Assembly: GCA_036000705.1 (NCBI GenBank)
Contig: DASYUY010000125.1
Coordinates: 1,048-65,047 of the forward strand
Length of the DNA: 64,000 nt
DNA from: Candidatus Limnocylindria bacterium
Lineage (GTDB): Bacteria > Chloroflexota > Limnocylindria > P2-11E
Reading direction: 5' to 3'
The stretch's first letter is position 1, and the number at the start of each line of letters is the position of its first letter. A program made the translations under genes and the position numbers. Shown here in pieces: positions 18,723 to 26,757 of this stretch. The notes beneath the pieces were generated by a model that saw nothing but the letters and a program-made list of their open reading frames with translations, did not search any database and was not told the origin of the DNA.

Positions 18723-19052
18723 CCTGGCGGAGGCGTTACGGCAGCACGCCGTTGCGATCATGCAACGACTCTCCCGCCGGCAGCGTGTGTCTAGCGGCCG
18801 CCTTCCAGCGGAGTTCACGTTCGCGGTCGCAGCGCCCGAACGCGAAGATCGGTCGCGGGCGATCGCGCGAGAACGGCAACGAAAACACAACACGCTTGCT
18901 GTCGCATATCTGACGACGTCGCGTTACTGATCCGCCGGAGCGCCCTTTGTCGGCGTGTTACCGAGTCACGCCTCTCTGGAGCAGCACCTGCGTCGAGCGC
19001 ATGACCGTGTCCCGGCACCGGGGCACAGAAATCCGGCACAGGAGGCAACAGA

Positions 19053-20078
19053 GTGCGCAAGGCAACCGGTCTTTTGTCATTTCTTGCCGGCCTAGCGCTT
19101 CTCGTGTTCACCGCAGTGACTCCGGCATCGGCCGATCCGCCGGGGTTCAACGGCACGGTAAAGATCCACGAGGAGCCCGGCGAAGCCGAACCGATCATGC
19201 GGAACGAACCGCATGTCTGCGTGTTCCACATCCACGGTTTCAACTTCGATGCGGCCGCGATGGGCTGGTATCGCATCGACCGCTGGGAGCCGACCGGCAG
19301 TGGCAACCAGGTACCTCAGACGACGTGGGGTCCGGCCAGCGCCAGCGGCGAGTGGAAGTCGCAGGCGTACACCCTTCCGCCCGGCCACTACAAGCTGTTC
19401 TTCGACCAGACGACCCCGCCGGCACCAGGCGGTGAAAAGCACAAGGTCTTCTGGGTCGAATGTGAAAGCACTACGACCGGCGCGGCCAACACGTCCGGCG
19501 CGGCCAACACGTCCGGCGCGGCCAACACGTCGGGCGCGGCCAACACGTCCGGCGCGGCCAACACGTCCGGCGCGGCCAACACGTCGGGCGCGGCCAACAC
19601 GTCGGGCGCGGCCAATACGTCCGGCGCCAGCACCACGACCGGTGCGGCCAACACATCCGGCGCCAGCACCACGACCGGCGCCAGCACCACGACCGGGGCG
19701 GCCAACACCTCGGGCGCGGCCAACACGTCCGGCGCGGCCAACACGTCGGGTGCGAGCGCCACGACCGGTGCGAGCGCCACGACCGGTGCGAGCGCCACGA
19801 CCGGTGCGAGCGCCACGACCGGTGCGAGCGCCACGACCGGCGGTAGCGGCTCAATACCCGTCGTCACCACCCCCGGCGCCGGAGCTGCGGTCGCCGGCGT
19901 GCAGACGACACCAACGGCGGGCGCCCAAAACACGCCGAGTGGTGTGGTCGCAGGCGTCCAGACCCTTCCGTCGACGAGCACGCAGGAAAGCAGCAACCCG
20001 ATCGCGATGTTGGGCGCGGCCCTCATGGCGCTCGGCGGATTCCTGCTGGTACGAACGCGGCGACGGACCGAAATCTGA
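19053..20078 (+). CDS. Secreted, C-terminally anchored surface protein with a hexapeptide-repeat stalk
   Basis: GTG at 19053 follows AGGAGG. Signal peptide 'LLSFLAGLALLVFTAVTPASA'. About 115-aa globular domain, then 20 x G-A-[AS]-[NTA]-T-[ST] repeats. The C-terminus is 'LPSTS...IAMLGAALMALGGFLLVRTRRRTEI' (LPxTG-like motif, TM helix, basic tail). Confidence 0.8.
   Translation: MRKATGLLSFLAGLALLVFTAVTPASADPPGFNGTVKIHEEPGEAEPIMRNEPHVCVFHIHGFNFDAAAMGWYRIDRWEPTGSGNQVPQTTWGPASASGEWKSQAYTLPPGHYKLFFDQTTPPAPGGEKHKVFWVECESTTTGAANTSGAANTSGAANTSGAANTSGAANTSGAANTSGAANTSGAANTSGASTTTGAANTSGASTTTGASTTTGAANTSGAANTSGAANTSGASATTGASATTGASATTGASATTGASATTGGSGSIPVVTTPGAGAAVAGVQTTPTAGAQNTPSGVVAGVQTLPSTSTQESSNPIAMLGAALMALGGFLLVRTRRRTEI
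19479..19838 (+). repeat. Tandem repeat of 20 x 18 bp with three unit types
   Basis: Units are A = GGCGCGGCCAACACGTC(C/G), B = GGCGCCAGCACCACGACC and C = GGTGCGAGCGCCACGACC, arranged A8-B-A-B2-A3-C5. The five C units are identical (90 bp perfect). Confidence 0.95.
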
Positions 20079-20082
20079 AAGC

Positions 20083-20104
20083 AGGGCCCTTCGGGGGCCT
20101 GCCT
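20083..20104 (+). terminator. Hairpin, possible first terminator
   Basis: GCAGGGCCC-TTCG-GGGGCCTGC, an imperfect stem with one mismatch or bulge and no clear T tract. Confidence 0.4.
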
Positions 20105-20110
20105 TGCGCG

Positions 20111-20143
20111 GAGGGAGCCCGGCAACGGGCTCCCTCTTCTTTC
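20111..20143 (+). terminator. Rho-independent terminator after the surface-protein gene
   Basis: Perfect 10-bp stem GAGGGAGCCC / GGGCTCCCTC with loop GGCAAC, followed by TTCTTTC. Confidence 0.7.
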
Positions 20144-20179
20144 CCACCCACGGTACGGCTCATGCGAATCTAGGCGTCG

Positions 20180-21577
20180 ATGCACCGGCTGCGCGAGTTC
20201 TGGGTAGGCGACGCCGACATCGCTCCGCTCGCGTTTTTTCGGATCCTCTACGGCCTCCAGCTTTTCAACTGGTTCTGGCAGCTCCTCCCCAACCTGACCG
20301 CGTTCTTCACCGACGAGGGGATCTTGCCGCGACGCGAGCTGCTGGTGACATATGCCGATCGGTTCTCACTCCTGAACATGTTCGGCGAGTGGTGGCAGGT
20401 CGCGATCGTATGGGCCGTCTCGTGCGTGATCGCACTCTGCATCGCGGCGGGTTGGCACACGCGTCTCGCCTGCTTTCTGGCATTCGTGCTCGTGTCCAGT
20501 TTCTCGTGGCGCGACCCGTTGATCCTCGACGGCAGCGATTTCGTCTTCCGAGTCGTTCCCCTGTGGCTGTCGTTCACGAGCGCCGGCGATCTCTATTCGC
20601 TCGATGCCTTCCTGCGCGGCGCGCCGAGCAGCGGTCGCGGTTGGGCGCTGCCGATCCGACTACTTGAATTCCAGATCGCGTGGATCTACCTGACGACCGG
20701 CGTCGAGAAGCTCGCCGGACTCTATTGGGTCGACGGCACGGCAACCTACTACGCGCTGCAGCTCGCGCACACGTTCGGTCGGTGGTGGGCGCGGCCCATC
20801 GCTCTGGACCCGACGCTGACGCACCTGGGCACCTGGGGCACACTCGCGGTGGAGCTCGCGTTCCTTCCGCTCGCGATGCTCCCGTCGCGCCTCACGCGTC
20901 TTGTAGCCGTCGCTGCGGCGGCCGGTCTCCACCTCGGGATCCTCACGCTGATGAACGTTGGCAACTTTCCGGTGATCATGCTGTCGGCGCTCGTTCTGTT
21001 CCTGCCGGCTGAGTGGATCCGCCGCATCATGCGAGATCCGGTGCGGAGCTCCGCACCCATGGAACCGCCGCAGCGGCGCGGCCGCGTGCGCGTCGCGGCG
21101 CTTCTCGTTGTCGCGGTCCTGTCGTTCGCGACCGCGGTGCCGCGACAGCTCGAGCCCGTGCGGCCGAGTGGCGACGTTGCGAGTCTGCTCCGCTTTCTGT
21201 CGCTCGATCAGCGCTGGGACATGTTCTCGCCGGATCCGGCGCGATGGGATTGGTGGTTGCTCGAGCCGGCACGACTGGCTGACGGCACGACGTTCGACCT
21301 TTTGACCGGGGGCCCCGTCGACGACCGTAGCGAACGATACAGTGACCCCCTCTACTCGCGTTGGGTCAAGGTGCATGAGCGCATCGCAATGCAGTCGTAC
21401 GCCGACTATCGTTTGGAGTACGCGCGTTATTACTGCCGCGCTCGCAACCGACATCTCGGACCGGGCCAGGTACCACTCGACACATTCGATATCCACTACG
21501 TCGAGCGCACGATCCAGGCGCCGGGGGAAGGACCTCCTCTGATCCGCGACATCCCGATCTGGTCGCACAAGTGCTAG
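20180..21577 (+). CDS. HTTM-domain (vitamin-K-dependent gamma-carboxylase / SdpB-like) polytopic membrane protein
   Basis: 'LAFFRILYGLQLFNWFW' N-terminal helix, multiple TM segments, and a C-terminal 'DQRWDMFSPDPARWDWW' region as seen in HTTM and lipase-maturation-factor-like proteins. Pattern recognition only. Confidence 0.75.
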   Translation: MHRLREFWVGDADIAPLAFFRILYGLQLFNWFWQLLPNLTAFFTDEGILPRRELLVTYADRFSLLNMFGEWWQVAIVWAVSCVIALCIAAGWHTRLACFLAFVLVSSFSWRDPLILDGSDFVFRVVPLWLSFTSAGDLYSLDAFLRGAPSSGRGWALPIRLLEFQIAWIYLTTGVEKLAGLYWVDGTATYYALQLAHTFGRWWARPIALDPTLTHLGTWGTLAVELAFLPLAMLPSRLTRLVAVAAAAGLHLGILTLMNVGNFPVIMLSALVLFLPAEWIRRIMRDPVRSSAPMEPPQRRGRVRVAALLVVAVLSFATAVPRQLEPVRPSGDVASLLRFLSLDQRWDMFSPDPARWDWWLLEPARLADGTTFDLLTGGPVDDRSERYSDPLYSRWVKVHERIAMQSYADYRLEYARYYCRARNRHLGPGQVPLDTFDIHYVERTIQAPGEGPPLIRDIPIWSHKC

Positions 21578-24500
21578 AGCAGGAGCCGCAGGAGCGCCGT
21601 CTGGTGACGGTGCTCTTCGCCGACTTCGCGGGCTTCACCGAGCTCGCCGATCAGATGGATCCGGAGGAGCTGCAGGTCCTCGTCTCCGGCATCTTCGAGG
21701 ACCTCGCCGAAGAGGCCGTCCGGCATGACGGCACGATCGAGAAGTTCATCGGCGACGCGATCTTCGTCGTGTTCGGCGCGCCGGTGGCGCACGAGGACGA
21801 CCCCCAGCGCGCCCTCCGCACCGCGCTCGCGATGCAACGCGTGTTCGCCGACCACGCCGCGCGCGTCAAGAAGGAGCGTGGCGTCGAGTTCGGCCTGCGC
21901 ATCGGCATCCATACCGGCATGGTCGTCGCCGGCGCGGTCCGCAGTGTCGCGGAGTACGGCGTCATGGGCGATACCGTGAACATCGCGTCGCGACTGCAGT
22001 CCGCCGCGGGACCGGGCGAGATCTACGTCACGCAGACCACCTTCCGTCTCGCCAACCGTGAGTTCAGCTTCCGCGAGGTCGGGCCGATCGAGCTCAAGGG
22101 CAAGGACAAGCCGATCCTCGCGTACGCGCTCATCGGCGAGCGCACCGACGTTCGGCCAAGCATCGAGATCGCCGCGCCGCTCGTCGGTCGATGGATGGAG
22201 CTCTCCCGCCTCGATCTCGCCTACCAGTCCGCGCGCCTCGGCCGTACCGAGGTCGTGCTCATCGCGGGCGAGCCCGGCATCGGCAAGAGCCGGCTCGCGT
22301 CCGAGTTCATCGGCCTCGCCACGGCGGCCGAGGAGGGCGCGAAGGCGGCAGACGCACCGCGCGTCATGCGCTGGACGTTCTCACGCGTGAACCAGCGCAG
22401 CTACGCGGGTTTCATCGAGCCGATCCTCGTCGAGCTGAACCTGCAGCCCTCGGACCCGGACGGCATCGCGCGCGTTGGCGAGAAGCTCGTGGAGCTGGGC
22501 TTCGCGAACCCGCAGCCGGCGGTGGCGTCGACGCTCGCGCAGTTCCTGCATCTGCCGGGCGTGAGCGAGCCGGCGAGCGACTCGGAGGAATGGAAGCGCG
22601 CGATGTACATCGTCGTGTACGACGTCATCGCCGCGCTCGCGCGCAAGCATCCTTTGCTCTACGTCCTCGAGGACCTGCACTTCGCCGACGCGGCGTCGCT
22701 CGACCTCTTGTGGTTCCTCGCGTCACGCGCCTCGCGCGTGCCGATCCTGTTCCTGCTCGGGCAGCGCCTCGGACCCGGCGCGCCCGAGCCGAAGCCGTCG
22801 CGCACGAACTTCACGCAGCTCGTGCTCGAGCCGCTCTCGGATGAGGAGGCCGCGCGCATCGTCGAAGCGACGCTCGATTGGATCCCTGACGAGCTGCGCG
22901 ACCGGATCGTCGCGCGCGCCGGCGGCAATCCGTTCTTCATCGAGGAGTCGCTGCGCTCGCTGGTGGAATCGGGCGCCGCGGAAAAGGACGCGAGCGGCGA
23001 ATGGCATCTTCGCGAGCGTCCGGCGGCCCTCGAGGTGCCGGCCACGCTTCACGCGGTCGTGGCGTCGCGCATCGACCGCCTGCCGCCGACGGCGCGCGAA
23101 TGCATCCAGCTTGCGGCCGTCATCGGCCAGCGCTTCGGTGACCGCGTGCTGCGCGAGGCTGGGGGCGACCGCATCGCCGATGCGGTGGACCAGCTCATCG
23201 CCGCCGACCTCGTGCTCGAGGCCGCGCCGGGCGAACGCCGCGAGGGCCGCTACCGGTTCAAGCACGCCGTCGTGCAGGAGGTCGCGTACAACACGCTGCT
23301 CGTGCGCCGTCGCATCGAGCTCCATCGGCGCGTGGCCGCGGCATACGAGTCGGTCCTCGGCGAGGAGCTGAAGGAGTTCTATCCCGCCCTCGCGCACCAC
23401 TACCTCATCGGCGAGGTGCCCGAGAAAGCGGCGGAGTACTCGTGGAAGTCAGCACAGCGGGCGACGGCGATCCATGCGTACATCGAAGCGCTGCGCTTCG
23501 CCGAGCAGGCGCTCGAGCTCTACGAGAAGATCGGCAAGATCGATGCGGCGGTCGAAGCGCTCTATCTCATCGCGCGGGTGCGCCGCTACCGCGGCGAGAA
23601 CGACGCCGCGCTCGCCGCCTACGAGCGCGCGCTCGTGCTGATGGAAGCACGCGACCCGAAGAGCAAAGAGGTCGCGACGCTTCTCGCGCACATGGCCGAG
23701 CTCTGCACCCGCTGGGACGCGAAGCATCCGGATCTCGAGGGACTCATCGCGCGCGGCCTCGCCATCGTCGGGACGGCGCGATCGCGCGAGCGCATCTTGC
23801 TCCTCGCCGCCCGCTCCTTCATGCCCCGGCGCGGTCCCAAGGCGACGGACGAGGACTGGGAGGCGTCGCTCGCGACCGCGAAGGAGGCGCTCGCGATCGC
23901 CGAGGAGCTCGGCCTGCTGCGCGAGCGCTCCCTCTGCCTCGACGCGGTCGGGTTCGCGTACCGCGAGCTGGGTAATTTCAGCGAGGCGTATCTCGCGAAC
24001 CAACGGCGGCTGCCGATCGCGCAGTCGCTGCAGGACAGCGATGAGCTCATCGACGCGCACACGATGGTCGCGATCTGCGCGCTCGCTCTCGGTGACATGG
24101 CCGAGGCGATGGAGCACGCCGCGAGCGCGCGCGAGGTCGCGATCGAGACCGAGAAGCCGCGCCTCGGAGCGCATGCCCTCCGCACCGAGACGCTCGCGCA
24201 CCTCCTGGCCGGCGACTTCCCCGGAACGCTGGCCGCAGCGGCGCGTCGCGAGCGTTTCGCCACACCGACGAAATGGCCCTCGATGCTGGGCGTCGCGATC
24301 GGCGCGGCGGCCGCGATGGCGTCACCGGAGGAGAAGACGTACCGCGATCTGCTCATCGAACAGGAGGCGTCGCCCGGCGAGCTCGCTCTCGCGGACTTCC
24401 TCGCGGCGTACTACGGGCTGCGCGAGAGCGAGAGCGCGTACCACGCGGTGCGCAGCGCGGGGCAGCCCAAGACGATCGTCGACCTCACACTCTTCGGACC

Positions 24501-24876
24501 GCTCCTCGTCCTCGCGGCCGCGCGGTGGCGCATCGCCGACGAGGCCTTCGAGGACCGCGTCGCTGCGGTGGTCGAACGGACCGGACATGCACGCGGCCGA
24601 GCACTCCTCACGCACGCGGAAGCGCTCCGCGCGTACAACGCCGGCGAGCACACCAAATCGGCGAAGCTGTTGTTCGACGCGGTCCAGGCATTCGCGACAC
24701 TCAAGCTCGACTACGAACGCGCCGTCGCGCTCGCGGATCTCGCGCGCGCGCTGCGCAACATGCCAGGGCGTGAGGAGCAGGCGCAGGCGCAATGCGACGA
24801 AGCGAAGGCCGTCGCCGAGCGGCTGAGCGCGACCGCCCTGCGCCTGGCGACGGAGAACCTGACCGTGCGCGTGTAG
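21571..24876 (+). CDS. Class III adenylate/guanylate cyclase fused to an AAA/STAND ATPase and TPR-like repeats
   Basis: GTG at 21571 overlaps the upstream stop by 7 nt. Cyclase motifs 'VTVLFADFAGFT', 'EKFIGDAIFVVFG' and 'GDTVNIASRLQ'. Walker A 'GEPGIGKSRL', Walker B 'LLYVLEDLHFAD', and a long helical-repeat C-terminus. No HTH. Confidence 0.9.
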   Translation: MLEQEPQERRLVTVLFADFAGFTELADQMDPEELQVLVSGIFEDLAEEAVRHDGTIEKFIGDAIFVVFGAPVAHEDDPQRALRTALAMQRVFADHAARVKKERGVEFGLRIGIHTGMVVAGAVRSVAEYGVMGDTVNIASRLQSAAGPGEIYVTQTTFRLANREFSFREVGPIELKGKDKPILAYALIGERTDVRPSIEIAAPLVGRWMELSRLDLAYQSARLGRTEVVLIAGEPGIGKSRLASEFIGLATAAEEGAKAADAPRVMRWTFSRVNQRSYAGFIEPILVELNLQPSDPDGIARVGEKLVELGFANPQPAVASTLAQFLHLPGVSEPASDSEEWKRAMYIVVYDVIAALARKHPLLYVLEDLHFADAASLDLLWFLASRASRVPILFLLGQRLGPGAPEPKPSRTNFTQLVLEPLSDEEAARIVEATLDWIPDELRDRIVARAGGNPFFIEESLRSLVESGAAEKDASGEWHLRERPAALEVPATLHAVVASRIDRLPPTARECIQLAAVIGQRFGDRVLREAGGDRIADAVDQLIAADLVLEAAPGERREGRYRFKHAVVQEVAYNTLLVRRRIELHRRVAAAYESVLGEELKEFYPALAHHYLIGEVPEKAAEYSWKSAQRATAIHAYIEALRFAEQALELYEKIGKIDAAVEALYLIARVRRYRGENDAALAAYERALVLMEARDPKSKEVATLLAHMAELCTRWDAKHPDLEGLIARGLAIVGTARSRERILLLAARSFMPRRGPKATDEDWEASLATAKEALAIAEELGLLRERSLCLDAVGFAYRELGNFSEAYLANQRRLPIAQSLQDSDELIDAHTMVAICALALGDMAEAMEHAASAREVAIETEKPRLGAHALRTETLAHLLAGDFPGTLAAAARRERFATPTKWPSMLGVAIGAAAAMASPEEKTYRDLLIEQEASPGELALADFLAAYYGLRESESAYHAVRSAGQPKTIVDLTLFGPLLVLAAARWRIADEAFEDRVAAVVERTGHARGRALLTHAEALRAYNAGEHTKSAKLLFDAVQAFATLKLDYERAVALADLARALRNMPGREEQAQAQCDEAKAVAERLSATALRLATENLTVRV

Positions 24877-24903
24877 CGAGACGTCCGCGCGACGGCCGCC
24901 GAT

Positions 24904-25317
24904 CTAGCGCAGCGAGCTCCAGCCGGCGGCGAGCAAGCCGAGCCGTATGACCGCCGCGATGGGCGGAATCGGCACCGCGAAACCGCTCCAGAAGACCACC
25001 TCGAGCGGTAGCAGGGCGAGCGCGAGGATCCCACCGGCGCGCGCGCCGCTCCATAGCAGCCACCCGGCGAACGCCTCGACGGCGCAGACCCCCACGAAAA
25101 CACCGATGAGGATCGCGAAGGCCTCGGGCGAGAAGCGCTCGAACCACCCGCCGCCGAACGCGCGGAAGCCGAACATCGTCATCGGCAGCTCGCGATGCTC
25201 CAGGAGATACGCGGCGGTCGGGAGCGCAAATAGGCCGAATCCGCCGGCGATCAGCCACAACAGCACCGCCGCACCGCGGACCGCGGTCAGAGCTGACGGC
25301 TCCGTCACCCGGGACAA
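24904..25317 (-). CDS. Four-helix membrane protein, hypothetical
   Basis: 137 aa with four hydrophobic segments. Last gene of the minus-strand cluster 30381-24904. Confidence 0.6.
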   Translation of the reverse strand: MSRVTEPSALTAVRGAAVLLWLIAGGFGLFALPTAAYLLEHRELPMTMFGFRAFGGGWFERFSPEAFAILIGVFVGVCAVEAFAGWLLWSGARAGGILALALLPLEVVFWSGFAVPIPPIAAVIRLGLLAAGWSSLR

Positions 25318-25341
25318 AGTAGGGAGCGCGGTCGAGCGTGT

Positions 25342-26757
25342 CTAACTCAGCGAGCGCGCCAGCACGCTCCTCGCTGCGTTGTACCCGCACATGCCGTGCA
25401 CGCCTCCACCGGGCGGCGTCGCCGACGAGCAGAGATAGATGTCCCGCGCGGGAGTCGCGTACGGGTCGATCGCGATGGTCGGTCGCAGGAGGAGCTGCAG
25501 ACCCGAATGCGATCCACAGGAGATGTCGCCACCGGCGTTGTTCGCGTTGCGATGCTCGACGTCGTGCGTGTTCATCGCGCTGCGCGCGAGGACGCGCTCG
25601 CGGAAGCCCGGAGCGAAGCGCTCGAGCTGTGCTTCGATGCGTTCGGACATATCCATGGTCGATCCGTTCGGTACGTGGCAATACGCCCAGAGCGTGTGCT
25701 TGCCCGACGGCGCCCGGGTCGGATCGAAGAGGCTCTGCTGCGCCACGAGGACGAACGGCCGCTCGGGATGCTCGCCGCGCCACACCGCGGCCTCGGACGC
25801 CGAGATCTCGTCGAACGTGCCACCGAGGTGGACCGTTCCGGCGCGCAGGCAGTCCGCGGCGCGCCAGGGCACGGGGCCGTCGAGCGCGTAGTCGATCTTG
25901 AACACGCCCGGACCGCGGCGGTAACGGCGCAGCGCGCGCCGGTACCCCGCGGGCAGGCGGTCGGCCGCGATGCTCTCGAGATGCCACGGCGAGGTGTCGA
26001 AGACATACGCGCGCGCGGTCGGCAGGTCGGACAGCTGCTGCACCCGGCGGCCGGTCGTGATCGTGCCGCCGAGCGTGTGCAGGTACGACGCGAGCGCGGC
26101 GCTGATGCGGCGCGATCCACCGCGCGGGAGGGGCCATCCGACCGCGTTGCCGCTGATGAGGAACATGAGCGCGAACGCGGCGGTGAACGGATGCTCCAGT
26201 GGCAGGAAGGAGTGCGCCGCGCAGCCCGCGACGAGGGCGCGCGTCGCGTCGTCGCGGAACGACGACGCGAGGCCGCGCGCGGAGCGCAGCGCGTGCACGC
26301 CGAAGCGCGCGAGGAGCAGCGGGTGCCGAGGTAGATGTGCCACCGGCCGCAGGACCTCGGTCGCGAGCTGATCCCAGTGCGAGACGAAGGTCGACAGCAG
26401 CCCGCGATAGGCATCGCGGTCCGCGCCGAGACGCGCGGCGGTCGCGTCGACAGATCGCTCGAGCATCACGGCGGTGCCGTCGTCGAGCGGGTGCGCGAGC
26501 GGCGCATCGGGCTGGATCCACTCGAGACCGTGTTTCCCGAGCGGCAGTCCGTTGAAGAAGGGCGACATCACTGCGAGCGGGTGGATGGCCGAGCAGACGT
26601 CGTGCACGAAACCGGGAAGCGTCAGCTCCGCGGAGCGCGCGCCCCCACCGATCTCGTCGTTCGCTTCGTGGACCGCGACCGAATGGCCGGCGCGCGCGAT
26701 GTGGATGGCCGCGGCGAGGCCGTTGGGACCGGCCCCGACGACGACCGCATCAGGCAC
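25342..26757 (-). CDS. Phytoene-desaturase-like (CrtI family) NAD(P)/FAD-dependent oxidoreductase
   Basis: 'DAVVVGAGPNGLAAAIHIARAGHSVAVHEANDEIGG' dinucleotide-binding N-terminus and C-terminal 'YLCSSATPPGGGVHGMCG'. Confidence 0.85.
   Translation of the reverse strand: MPDAVVVGAGPNGLAAAIHIARAGHSVAVHEANDEIGGGARSAELTLPGFVHDVCSAIHPLAVMSPFFNGLPLGKHGLEWIQPDAPLAHPLDDGTAVMLERSVDATAARLGADRDAYRGLLSTFVSHWDQLATEVLRPVAHLPRHPLLLARFGVHALRSARGLASSFRDDATRALVAGCAAHSFLPLEHPFTAAFALMFLISGNAVGWPLPRGGSRRISAALASYLHTLGGTITTGRRVQQLSDLPTARAYVFDTSPWHLESIAADRLPAGYRRALRRYRRGPGVFKIDYALDGPVPWRAADCLRAGTVHLGGTFDEISASEAAVWRGEHPERPFVLVAQQSLFDPTRAPSGKHTLWAYCHVPNGSTMDMSERIEAQLERFAPGFRERVLARSAMNTHDVEHRNANNAGGDISCGSHSGLQLLLRPTIAIDPYATPARDIYLCSSATPPGGGVHGMCGYNAARSVLARSLS

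Noticed and set aside
18750-18767. Inverted repeat CGTTGC-GATCAT-GCAACG in the tetR/surface-protein intergenic region.
   Set aside because: The arms are only 6 bp and there is no second copy, so it is too weak to call a site.
19479-19838. A CRISPR array as an explanation for the regular 18-bp periodicity.
   Set aside because: The units are contiguous with no spacers, the array is in frame inside a CDS, and no cas genes are present.
19213-20667. Alternative-frame ORFs across the tandem repeat (PTRPAR... on the plus strand; LAPVV... and WRSHRS... on the minus strand).
   Set aside because: They exist only because an 18-bp repeat is open in all frames. The frame starting at 19053 has a signal peptide, a globular domain and a C-terminal anchor.
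21571-24876. The STAND ATPase-TPR protein as an Avs-like antiphage sensor.
   Set aside because: The N-terminal effector is a complete class III cyclase, as in the known cyclase-ATPase regulator family. There is no nuclease, protease or TIR effector and no defence-island context.
24701-26521. 606-aa minus-strand ORF overlapping the CrtI-like gene in another frame.
   Set aside because: The composition is extremely Arg/Ala/Pro-rich with no motifs. The overlapping frame (25342-26757) has clear FAD-oxidoreductase motifs. Long spurious ORFs are expected at this GC content.
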